Assembly (NCBI GenBank): GCA_045605805.1
Contig: JAZUQR010000021.1
Location: 49,611 to 113,610 of the forward strand
Direction: 5' to 3'
From: Alphaproteobacteria bacterium
GTDB taxonomy: Bacteria > Pseudomonadota > Alphaproteobacteria > CAAHEQ01 > UBA3637
Length of the DNA: 64,000 nucleotides
The position numbers and the translations under genes are program-made. This document shows, piece after piece, positions 46,410 to 54,830 of this stretch. The number at the start of each line of letters is the position of its first letter. The first letter of the stretch is position 1. The notes under the pieces were generated by a model, which saw only the letters and a program-made list of their open reading frames with translations, did not search any database and was not told where the DNA came from.

Positions 46410-47996
46410 ATGAGAAAATTTGATAACGAAATATCTTTTGCTGGAACAGAAAAGGAACATAATTTTATTTTATATGGTCATGAGGAAAAATATGTTCCCT
46501 TTAATCTCAAGTATCTACCCGATATACAACTTCTGTGTGTAAAGAATCTAATACAGATTTTTGCTAATAGGGGATCAGAATATGTCATATATGCCTTTGC
46601 ATTAAACGCTGTCAGTGATGGATTCTTCCCATTGTTAGATATTTGCCTTGATTACAGTAAGGCAAAATGTAAAAGTCATGAGGTTAGCAAATATATTCTC
46701 AAACGACTCAACGGGGAATGGGATATTATAGATGGCATTGAGTCCCAAATAGATGATGTCAAGAACAGTATAGATAATGAGACACTAAAAGATCAATTAG
46801 AAAGTGAAAAATGGGGCTTGGACCTGTTGCACGAAGTTACTGCTGGTAACAGGGAACAAAATCTGCGGAAACAGAATCTATTTACAAAATTAGATATGTG
46901 CAACCATACATATTATATTAAAGATATCGTTCCAACTGAAATGAACCCAATCATTGAGAAATACATTAAAATGATTTATGAGGTCCTAGAAATAGATACC
47001 GAGCCAGTTATCGTTCCTAGCAAGAATCAACCATCTGGGAAGGAAGAAGAATTAGCAAAGAAAGGCGTTACCTGTAGAGACAACGTTCTTGTTTTAAGAA
47101 ACATACATTTTTACGATGTTCTGGATGGATCAATTTTGTTGGAGATTGCAGAAGAAAAAATTCCATATACACCACGTTGTATAGTTCTTGATAATTGCTG
47201 CTTTGATATACAACACTTTGGATTTGGACCGCTAACTGACAGGGACTTCTACTTCCATAATTGTCACTTTAAGCAAGGATTCAACTGGATGGGACAAAAG
47301 GATTTGAGTCGTATTGTCCTTGATAATTGCGTTATTTCTGATTCATTAACATTTAATTTTAACGATTTATCGGAACTTTGCATTAATGACTGTGTCTTTG
47401 AAAATACTAGTGATTTAAAAGTGGAATGTTTCTCTGAAGATGATGCATATAGAGTCAAGATAACGGATTCTGTGTTTTATGGAGCGTTTGAAGTAACCAA
47501 ATGCCATAACTTACATCTAACAATGAACAATGTAACTTTCTATAAACCATTTACTCTCAATAATGATAGATTTAGTTCATTGACAGAGATATTCAATCTT
47601 TGCTTCCCATCTAACGCAACGGATGAAATGGAAGCATCTAAAAAACAATTATATGATAAGTTGGTAAGTTCAAACCTAAAGGAAATGGCAGAAGATTTGA
47701 ACCTGTTAGCAAATGCAAAACCAAAGAAACCCGCTTTCGACTATGCTGCCTATCAAGCAGAATATGACACAGGTTGGCTACAATCAAAGAATGCAGCATA
47801 TCTTTTGGGAAGAAAAGATACGTATCTTTCCAAAAAACGTATGGCTGATAAGAAGAAGATTACAAGAACTACCATCCCTTATCGGGGAGATGGTAAGAAC
47901 ATTCAATACCCTGTGGATGCCTTGTTAGCATTTAAGGCACAGGACTGGAATAAACTAAAAGAACTTCGGAAGAAGTATAATTATTCTATAAAATAG
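46410..47996 (+). CDS. hypothetical 528-aa protein; repetitive Cys/Asn-rich middle (beta-solenoid-like?) and Xis/AlpA-like C-terminus
   Basis: The middle has recurring segments VLDNCCFD, FHNCHFKQGF, VLDNCVISDSLTF, CINDCVFENTS, ITDSVFYGAFEV, MNNVTFYKPFTL. The C-terminus NAAYLLGRKDTYLSKKRMADKKKI...IQYPVDALLAFK looks like an excisionase-type HTH. Confidence 0.5.
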   Translation: MRKFDNEISFAGTEKEHNFILYGHEEKYVPFNLKYLPDIQLLCVKNLIQIFANRGSEYVIYAFALNAVSDGFFPLLDICLDYSKAKCKSHEVSKYILKRLNGEWDIIDGIESQIDDVKNSIDNETLKDQLESEKWGLDLLHEVTAGNREQNLRKQNLFTKLDMCNHTYYIKDIVPTEMNPIIEKYIKMIYEVLEIDTEPVIVPSKNQPSGKEEELAKKGVTCRDNVLVLRNIHFYDVLDGSILLEIAEEKIPYTPRCIVLDNCCFDIQHFGFGPLTDRDFYFHNCHFKQGFNWMGQKDLSRIVLDNCVISDSLTFNFNDLSELCINDCVFENTSDLKVECFSEDDAYRVKITDSVFYGAFEVTKCHNLHLTMNNVTFYKPFTLNNDRFSSLTEIFNLCFPSNATDEMEASKKQLYDKLVSSNLKEMAEDLNLLANAKPKKPAFDYAAYQAEYDTGWLQSKNAAYLLGRKDTYLSKKRMADKKKITRTTIPYRGDGKNIQYPVDALLAFKAQDWNKLKELRKKYNYSIK

Positions 47997-48060
47997 AATT
48001 TTCTGCTTGATTTAATGATAATTTAATGATATAATAATGATATCTTAAGGAGAAATTATC

Positions 48061-49146
48061 ATGACTTGGCAACCAAAATATACAATTACAAAAGAGATTT
48101 TATCTAATTTAACTCGCATAGAACGGGTAAAAGAAGCATTTGAAAGCAAACCTTTATCGCCTGTTTTATTGAACTCGCTACACAATACCGCCAAAGTGTC
48201 CTCCGTCCATTATTCTACGCAAATTGAGGGAAATCGTTTGTCTATGGAACAGGTGGAAAGAACCTTACACACTATGGCAAAAAAAGCCGCTACACATCAC
48301 CAACGTGATGAGAAAGAAGTCAAAGCTTATTATGACGCTTTAAACTACATGGAAAAATATCTGGATGAGAAAGGGACATTTACAGAACCCTTTATCCAAA
48401 AAGTCCATGCTTTGATTGAAGGACAAAAAAAAGTTATCCCCTACCGTGAAACACAAAATGCCATTTATGACAGTGTGAGCGGTGCTTTGGTCTATTTGCC
48501 CCCAGAAGCAAAAGATGTTCCTCTGTTTATGAAAGACATGGTCGCTTGGGTCAGGGAAAATATTGATAACCTGCCTACACCTGTGATTGCTGCCTTGGTA
48601 CACTATCAATTTGTGACCATTCACCCGTATTTTGATGGGAATGGTCGTACAGCCCGTTTGATTACTAGTTTCCTTATGAGAAAATATGGTTATGGTTTGA
48701 AGGGGATATACTCCTTGGAAGAATACTATGCCAAAGATCTTGCCAGTTATTATGAAGCATTGGCAACACATCCGCATCATAACTACTATGAAGGCCGCCA
48801 TGAAGCAGACTTGACAGGATGGCTAGAATACTTTATTAAAGGGGTTGCTGAGGCATTTGAAAAGGTGTCTATCAAGGCCGAAGAAGAGGTAAAAAAAGGA
48901 TTGAGCGTGGACAAGTCTCCACTGATCAGACAATTGGATATTAAGCAACGAAAAGCATTGGAATTGTTTGTGGAATATAAAGAAATCACTTCCGGACAAT
49001 TGGCAGGGTACATGAGAATTTCTGAACAATCTGCCAGACTTTTGATGAAAAAGTGGATTGAAGATGGCTTTTTACAAGTAGCTAATCCAGCTAAAAAGAA
49101 CAGAACTTATGTTTTAACTAAAGAATTTGAAGACATCTTAAGTTAG
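48061..49146 (+). CDS. Fic-family protein (class II, N-terminal inhibitory helix) with C-terminal wHTH
   Basis: The Fic motif is HPYFDGNGRTARL. The N-terminal STQIEGN fits the autoinhibitory [ST]xxxE[GN] motif. Confidence 0.9.
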   Translation: MTWQPKYTITKEILSNLTRIERVKEAFESKPLSPVLLNSLHNTAKVSSVHYSTQIEGNRLSMEQVERTLHTMAKKAATHHQRDEKEVKAYYDALNYMEKYLDEKGTFTEPFIQKVHALIEGQKKVIPYRETQNAIYDSVSGALVYLPPEAKDVPLFMKDMVAWVRENIDNLPTPVIAALVHYQFVTIHPYFDGNGRTARLITSFLMRKYGYGLKGIYSLEEYYAKDLASYYEALATHPHHNYYEGRHEADLTGWLEYFIKGVAEAFEKVSIKAEEEVKKGLSVDKSPLIRQLDIKQRKALELFVEYKEITSGQLAGYMRISEQSARLLMKKWIEDGFLQVANPAKKNRTYVLTKEFEDILS

Positions 49147-49149
49147 GTG

Positions 49150-49626
49150 TTACTTTATAAGATCCCATAACAAATCGAACGCCATCTTTCCTTGTTTATT
49201 CTTCAAGGTTGTTATGTCTGCCCCGTAATCTATTAGGGCGAATACCGCATTCTTGTTTCTGTTCTTAGATCTTAAGCAACGCATGAGGGCAGTATTCCCA
49301 AAGATGTCTTGGGCGTCTATATCTGCTCCATAATCCACCATGACCCAAGGAACTACGTCCCCACAGTTATTTTCTACCGCAATCATCAATGCAGTTTCCC
49401 CACGTCTGTTCTTGTACTTCACATCTCCCCCCATTTCGATTAATTTCTCTACTTCGTGCGGTTTATGAAATACTGTCATCGCATACATAAATGGGGTAGA
49501 GCGATGAACATCATATGGGGCGTTCAAGTTTGCTCCACGCAATACCAACAATTCTATTTGTTTTAGGTCGTGCTGTTCTATGGCCCTCATAAGACCTTTA
49601 ACCATTTCTCCAATTCTATGTTCCAT
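49150..49626 (-). CDS. ankyrin repeat protein
   Basis: The repeats are LVLRGANLNAPYDVHRSTPFMYA, MGGDVKYKNRRGETALMIAVENN and YGADIDAQDIFGNTALMRCL. Confidence 0.8.
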   Translation of the reverse strand: MEHRIGEMVKGLMRAIEQHDLKQIELLVLRGANLNAPYDVHRSTPFMYAMTVFHKPHEVEKLIEMGGDVKYKNRRGETALMIAVENNCGDVVPWVMVDYGADIDAQDIFGNTALMRCLRSKNRNKNAVFALIDYGADITTLKNKQGKMAFDLLWDLIK

Positions 49627-50008
49627 TTAATCTCCTTTTTGATTTATTTATGTAATCTGGCAAATTAAATCTGTGTTTTTCCATTCTCTGCAATATGTAT
49701 GAAGTTGTTTCAGGTTTCAGCTTGTCCCACATTCTGAACAAATACTCCAATTCATTAGAGGTCAGTTTAAGTGCATGGTATTTGTACTTGAACAACAACT
49801 TCAACATCTCATTCCAGTTTGGCTCACAGAACTGATACACCCATGCAAGAGGATGATGATTGAATGACTTATCTATATCCGCTCCTTTCAAAAGTATCTC
49901 AACCATTTCCACATCAGGATGAAATGTAGCAAACTGACACAGAGGTGTTTCCTCTTTACAACAATCAGCTTTTCCTAAAATGGCTTCTTTAATTTGTTCT
50001 TTGTCCAT
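49616..50008 (-). CDS. ankyrin-like/helical small protein
   Basis: The ORF is trimmed to the ATG at 50008 (TAATG overlap with the upstream gene). ETPLCQFATFHPDVEMVEILLKGADIDK is ankyrin-like. Confidence 0.45.
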   Translation of the reverse strand: MDKEQIKEAILGKADCCKEETPLCQFATFHPDVEMVEILLKGADIDKSFNHHPLAWVYQFCEPNWNEMLKLLFKYKYHALKLTSNELEYLFRMWDKLKPETTSYILQRMEKHRFNLPDYINKSKRRLNGT

Positions 50009-50376
50009 TAGTATTCCGTGTTCCAAAATAGAACACCCTCCTGATAAAAGAACTTCCATTTTCCGTGCGGGCAATCCGTAAAGGGTATTTCCTGCTTGTG
50101 AAGTATTTTTGTGTTCTTCTTAAATGTTATCTTGGCCGTATTGTCATCTCTAACGATAAGAGCTACACCAATTAGGTCCGTGTTTAAATCTGGTTTTGTT
50201 TTTACAAAACTATTCACAAGATCCAAGAACCAATATGCTTCTGCCTTGTCACAGAAGATCTTAACGCCATCTGTATATTCAAAGGCAAGGTGCTTGTTTG
50301 TGTAGTAGTTCTCGCTCCCCGTACAAAAGAACAAGGCCTCCTGTAACTTTAAATTTCTTTCATCTTCTTGGTCCAT
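50008..50376 (-). CDS. DUF6876-like plasmid/ICE-associated protein
   Basis: LFFCTGSENYYTNKHLAFEYTDGVKIFCDKAEAYWFLDLVNSF resembles the DUF6876 signature (F.GTE.YY.H.....YTDGV......A.AYWL.D.I). Confidence 0.5.
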   Translation of the reverse strand: MDQEDERNLKLQEALFFCTGSENYYTNKHLAFEYTDGVKIFCDKAEAYWFLDLVNSFVKTKPDLNTDLIGVALIVRDDNTAKITFKKNTKILHKQEIPFTDCPHGKWKFFYQEGVLFWNTEY

Positions 50377-50626
50377 TATGTCTCCTTTCTGTTGCTACAA
50401 AAAGGAGTGTAACACAAACGAACATTTCTGTTCCTAGGTCATTAGTTATAAGGGAAACTCTCTCTCAAAATGCCCGAATTGCCTTATACTACCGCATTTC
50501 CCATAAAAAACAAGAGCGTTTTAAAAAAGTTTAAAAAAATTAAAAAAAGAGCTTGATTTTAATGTTCGTTATTTTTCATAAAGAAAACATCCAATAAATA
50601 CCCATAGATATTACAAAGGAGTTAAA

Positions 50627-51217
50627 ATGATTTATGGGTATTGTAGATGTTCAACAGGGAAACAAACGGTTAGCCATCAGCACTATGAGGTTCAAAAGTT
50701 TGCCAAGGAGAATGGGGTTCAAATTGATGAGTGGGTAGAAGAAACCATAACTTCCCGAAAACCACTTGCCAAAAGAAGATTGGGTGAGTTGTTAAATAAT
50801 ATGAAGGAACATGACATCCTAATCACACCCGAGATCTCACGCATTGGTAGAAGTTTGCTTGAGGTCATGTCAATCTTACAGACCTGTTTAGAAAAGAATT
50901 GCCAGATATGGACGATTAAAGAGAACTATCGTTTAGGTGCTGATATCCAAAGTAAAGTGTTAGCTTTTGCCTTTGGGCTTGCGGCAGAGATCGAGCGTAA
51001 TCTTATTTCACAGCGGACAAAGGCAAGTTTGGAATCATTGAAAAAAGATGGTAAAAAACTCGGTCGACCATTTGGTTCTAAAAACAGAGCGTTGAAACTC
51101 TCTAAAAACCGCACAAAGATCAACAATCTTCTTGCCAAAGGATTGCCCAAATCCCAGATTGCTCGTATCCTCGGTGTAGATAAAATGACAATGTACAGAT
51201 TCCTTCGTGAGAATTAA
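50627..51217 (+). CDS. serine recombinase (resolvase/invertase family)
   Basis: It has MIYGYCRCSTGKQ, EISRIGRS, and a C-terminal HTH LPKSQIARILGVDKMTMYRFL. By eye it is about two-thirds identical to 38905-39501 and lies in the opposite orientation. Confidence 0.9.
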   Translation: MIYGYCRCSTGKQTVSHQHYEVQKFAKENGVQIDEWVEETITSRKPLAKRRLGELLNNMKEHDILITPEISRIGRSLLEVMSILQTCLEKNCQIWTIKENYRLGADIQSKVLAFAFGLAAEIERNLISQRTKASLESLKKDGKKLGRPFGSKNRALKLSKNRTKINNLLAKGLPKSQIARILGVDKMTMYRFLREN

Positions 51218-51290
51218 AAAGGTTATTAAAATTACATTTTTAAATCATTTTCCTATAAATACAAATGTCTATAAGATATAGGAGATACTT

Positions 51291-51725
51291 GTGAATATAA
51301 ACTTTGAAGAAATAACCGAGAAATTAAAACATATACAGGATAAATTGAAGAAACCAGAACAAACCGTGCCACCTGTGGAGAATACGCAGAAATCCATAGA
51401 TGAAGAGGTAGCAGAGGAACTCAGCTGTCCTCGCAACCAACAGCAAACAGAGGATGCGCAGTTCATCACAAAATGCTATCGTTACCTAAAGAAATTAGGT
51501 TATGTCGACAGTCAGTACCAGTTCTCTGAACAGTTCTTAAACAAGAACAAATACTACTTTGGAATGATCCTCTGCGAACAGAGACATCCCTCCATTGATT
51601 CAGTCCATAATCTAATACACAATATCAGTGCCTTGAATGATAACTTTGGTAAACAGTTATACCTTGATCGACTTTATGAAGAGGGGCAGTCCATCATTAC
51701 AAAGCGACTTTTAAAATATCTATGA
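51291..51725 (+). CDS. hypothetical protein
   Basis: 144-aa ORF with a GTG start, the last gene before attR. I recognise no motif. Confidence 0.4.
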   Translation: MNINFEEITEKLKHIQDKLKKPEQTVPPVENTQKSIDEEVAEELSCPRNQQQTEDAQFITKCYRYLKKLGYVDSQYQFSEQFLNKNKYYFGMILCEQRHPSIDSVHNLIHNISALNDNFGKQLYLDRLYEEGQSIITKRLLKYL

Positions 51726-51931
51726 CACCTGCCAATTTGTCAATTGAAGTGCCCCTTGACAGGAAGACAAATACTCATTGAATTCTTTAGGAAAATTAGT
51801 CCCAAAAGACAGTTACAATTTGATGCCAATCATCACCTATAATCAGGGGTGTAACACAAGAAAAAAAACGGAAAAAATGGCCTTCAAAATCCTTAACAAA
51901 TTCAGTTCCCTATTTTGGGTTCCCAAAGGCG

Positions 51932-51951
51932 TCTCACCTGCGGCACCATTT
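51932..51951 (+). repeat. attR core of the island (copy of tRNA-Thr 3' end)
   Basis: Identical to 26210-26229. It is followed by its own terminator hairpin. Confidence 0.85.
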
Positions 51952-51956
51952 AAAAA

Positions 51957-51982
51957 GAGCCCCATTTTTGGGGCTTTTTTTT
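51957..51982 (+). terminator. terminator hairpin after the second tRNA 3'-end copy
   Basis: agcccca-tttt-tggggct followed by T8. Confidence 0.5.
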
Positions 51983-52074
51983 AATGCGTATCACAAGTGG
52001 GAGAGGACTCACGGGGGCAACGTGAAGTCCAAGCCGAAAGGCGAAAGGGGCCCATTGGAACAATGGGAATTTAC

Positions 52075-52093
52075 ATTCTCACCTGCGGCACCA
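52075..52093 (+). repeat. third copy of the tRNA-Thr 3' end (probable original 3' end displaced by integrations)
   Basis: attctcacctgcggcacca is identical to 26208-26226. It is followed by a third, different terminator. Confidence 0.8.
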
Positions 52094-52210
52094 GGTGATA
52101 AAGCCCTCAACGAAATGAGGGCTTTTACTTTTGTTTGCAAGCCTTTCCACGAGTCCGATAGTGATAACCTCAAAAAATGCTAAAATTCCTCAATTATCGG
52201 ACTCTTAAAA
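52094..52210 (+). repeat. mosaic repeat family, copy D
   Basis: It shares gtgataaagccctcaa..aaatgagggctttt and aagcctttccacgagtccg with copy A, and aattatcggactcttaaa with copy B. Confidence 0.7.
52099..52127 (+). terminator. terminator hairpin after the third tRNA 3'-end copy
   Basis: aaagccctca-acgaaa-tgagggcttt followed by T-rich sequence. A near-identical hairpin recurs at ~55001-55025. Confidence 0.5.
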
Positions 52211-52235
52211 TCTGATTTTCTGAAATTTCAAGATA

Positions 52236-53642
52236 TTAAAATCTGAAATAAATAAACGGGTTATAGGTGGATGCTGCGATAGAAGATACTGACAGTATGA
52301 ATAAAATCATAATCCACAAATTCAGACAGATATGAAAAAGTTTATTTTTAGGGCTATAAACGCAATTTTTGAAAATGGGCATTGAACAAAGTATAGCTAT
52401 AATAAAAACAAGGATTTCTATATTGCCAATATAATACTTAACATCATAAAGGGAATTGACATTTAACATACCAAACATATTTTGAATATAACTTAAAGCA
52501 TAAGATAAGTTTTCTGAACGGAACATAACCCAGCCAATGAGAACAACAAACAAAGCGTAAAGGTGTTGTAATGGAAACAGTTTTTTGTTTTCAATTTTAT
52601 ACCAACCTGTCAGTTTTTCAAAAATATTAAACAATCCATGCCACAAACCCCACACCACAAAGTTCCAGCTGGCACCATGCCAAATACCTGTTGCAAGAAA
52701 CACGATAAAAAGGTTGAAATATGTATGCGCACATCCTTTACGATTACCACCCAACGGAATATACAAATAATTTTTAAACCACGAAGACAATGAAATATGC
52801 CATCTGCGCCAAAATTCTGTAATAGATTTAGAAATATAGGGATAGTTAAAGTTTTCCAAAAATTTAAATCCAAAAATGGAACCTAGTCCAATCGCCATAT
52901 CCGAATAACCAGAGAAATCATAAAATAGTTGAAAACTATAAGCGATAGCACCCATCCAAGCAATGGCTGGTGAAAAAGAAGTCACAGGACTATCAAAAAT
53001 CTTATCCGCCACTGCGCCCAATGTATTCGCCAGCAACACTTTTTTTGCCAGTCCAACAATAAAACGTTTGACCCCATACACAATTTTATCAAAAGTTTCT
53101 TGTCGTCTATCAATTTGATCCGCTACATCTGCATATTGAACAATAGGCCCAGCAATTAATTGAGGGAATAAGCAGATATAGAGAGCCAATTTGGCAACAT
53201 TCTTTTGCACCTTTACAACGCCACGGTATACATCTATCAAGTAAGACATTGCTTGAAAAGTATAAAATGAAATACCAATGGGCATGATAACTTGTATCAT
53301 GTTGAAGTCGGCTGTAAACAAGGTATTGAAATTATCCACAATAAAATTGAAATATTTGAAGTAAATTAAAAAAGAAAGGTCTGCTAAAACAGTTAGTCCA
53401 AGAATAGATTTTTTATGGTTTGAAAAGTTATTTAAAAACAATGCGCCCATATAATTGATCACAATCGTGGCCAACATGATGACGACATAACGTGGCTCTC
53501 CCCATACATAAAAGAAAATGCTGGCTAATAATAACAAATAATTTTTATATTTTGTTTTTGGAAAAAATTTGCAAATTCCTGAATACAGAGCGCATAAAAT
53601 GGGTAAAAATAAAAAGATAAATGTCATTGATGAAAACAGCAT
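52236..53642 (-). CDS. MBOAT-family O-acyltransferase (AlgI/DltB/PatA-like)
   Basis: 468-aa polytopic ORF with FWRRWHISLSSWFKNYLYIPLGGNR and GIWHGASWNFVVWGLWHG (catalytic His region). Confidence 0.9.
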   Translation of the reverse strand: MLFSSMTFIFLFLPILCALYSGICKFFPKTKYKNYLLLLASIFFYVWGEPRYVVIMLATIVINYMGALFLNNFSNHKKSILGLTVLADLSFLIYFKYFNFIVDNFNTLFTADFNMIQVIMPIGISFYTFQAMSYLIDVYRGVVKVQKNVAKLALYICLFPQLIAGPIVQYADVADQIDRRQETFDKIVYGVKRFIVGLAKKVLLANTLGAVADKIFDSPVTSFSPAIAWMGAIAYSFQLFYDFSGYSDMAIGLGSIFGFKFLENFNYPYISKSITEFWRRWHISLSSWFKNYLYIPLGGNRKGCAHTYFNLFIVFLATGIWHGASWNFVVWGLWHGLFNIFEKLTGWYKIENKKLFPLQHLYALFVVLIGWVMFRSENLSYALSYIQNMFGMLNVNSLYDVKYYIGNIEILVFIIAILCSMPIFKNCVYSPKNKLFHICLNLWIMILFILSVSSIAASTYNPFIYFRF

Positions 53643-53643
53643 T

Positions 53644-54699
53644 CTAATCCTCCGGAAATTTCAAGGAAAGCAGTGAGGGAATGTATCGCTCCACTGTTTC
53701 TAAAATGATAATATCAGCATTATTTTTAATATACTCCAAATCTGTTTTTGTAATACCCCATCTCCATTCATACTTCACAAAGGAAAAAGTGTTATTCAAA
53801 TATCTAGTTAAAGCAGTAGTGAAGGAATCACGAAAAACAACAACTTTTAAAGGCTTGGATTTATTTTTACACTCAAATCCTTTTCTCTGATCCTTATCCT
53901 CAGTTTGATATTTACAAAGAGATTCATTCGTCATTTCTGGTTCCAAATACTCAGATTGATCTTTTGAAATCGCAAAATTTATCATTTTTGATAGATCACC
54001 TGTTTCATGTAAAACTTTCTTATATTTGCTGGGATATATGTTTTTGATGTTCTTATGATCTTTTTTTATAACATTTAAGAGTTCTGAATAGGCTATATAT
54101 GATCCAAAGTCGTTCCAATGCGTATCTTGTTTATAGTATAAAAGTCCTTTTGCTTTATTATTTAAAAGTGATTGATATGGGTAAACAACTTTTACCGAAG
54201 TATTTTCTTTTAGGTATTTAATAAATTGATTAGCTCGGCTTTCTTTATTTGGACGAATTTTTCTTAAAGATGTAATATGTTCACCATAGATTTTGTTTTT
54301 ATCTGGCGCAATCAAGTAGTAAAATGATTTACCGTTTTGCCTTGACCAATTATCAATATCCGACAAATACTGGGAAACGATCTTTAATTCTTCTTCTGAA
54401 AAAACAGTTTTGTTTTGAAAATTATCCAGCGAGTTATCTCCTTTATAAAATAACCAACCATCATTGCCATAATACACCAGTTCGTTTGATGAAAAATTAT
54501 CTAAAAGCTTTTTTAGCTTCGTGTGATAATGTATTAATTTTCTGCGTCCATTAAAACGGTCATTAAACCAACTTTCAAATTCTGAAGTAAATTTTTCATT
54601 AAAGTGATTTTCTACAAAAAGAACGGGAAATTTAGCCAAAACCCTATTCTCCCTTTTTGACACATTCTCATGGGAGATCTTAGTCATAGGAATAAACAA
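53644..54699 (-). CDS. AlgJ/AlgX-type SGNH-like O-acetyltransferase partner; N-terminal anchor cut off by an in-frame TGA
   Basis: It has the KQDTHWNDFG motif and lies 1 nt upstream of the MBOAT gene. The same frame continues upstream as MRMRKIRELQQKLRPKIIDKIFVGLFFL-TGA(54700-54702)-LFIPMTKISHEN. Confidence 0.7.
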   Translation of the reverse strand: MFIPMTKISHENVSKRENRVLAKFPVLFVENHFNEKFTSEFESWFNDRFNGRRKLIHYHTKLKKLLDNFSSNELVYYGNDGWLFYKGDNSLDNFQNKTVFSEEELKIVSQYLSDIDNWSRQNGKSFYYLIAPDKNKIYGEHITSLRKIRPNKESRANQFIKYLKENTSVKVVYPYQSLLNNKAKGLLYYKQDTHWNDFGSYIAYSELLNVIKKDHKNIKNIYPSKYKKVLHETGDLSKMINFAISKDQSEYLEPEMTNESLCKYQTEDKDQRKGFECKNKSKPLKVVVFRDSFTTALTRYLNNTFSFVKYEWRWGITKTDLEYIKNNADIIILETVERYIPSLLSLKFPED

Positions 54700-54830
54700 T
54701 CAAAGAAAAAACAAGCCTACAAAGATTTTATCAATTATTTTTGGGCGCAATTTTTGTTGTAATTCTCTTATTTTTCTCATTCTCATGGAATGAAGTATAC
54801 AATTTTGTGTTTCCAAATTCAAGGCAAAAA

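Larger units (their letters stand above)
26210..51951. mobile_element. ~25.7-kb integrative genomic island in the 3' end of tRNA-Thr (mosaic; no conjugation genes seen)
   Basis: A 20-bp perfect direct repeat tctcacctgcggcaccattt lies at 26210-26229 and 51932-51951. A tyrosine integrase sits next to attL. The interior holds recombinases, plasmid-type genes and accessory cargo, and looks visibly more AT-rich by eye. Confidence 0.8.

Noticed and set aside
51778-52183. ORFs 51778-51984 and 51968-52183.
   Set aside because: They run straight through the att repeat copies and two terminator hairpins. They are most likely non-coding junction DNA.
54700-54702. Genome-wide TGA=Trp recoding (code 4) as the explanation for the in-frame TGA.
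   Set aside because: TGA is used as a genuine terminator in this window, for example in gcrA (17335-17337), polA (20042-20044) and the ATGA-coupled glycan genes. Standard code 11 fits all other genes.
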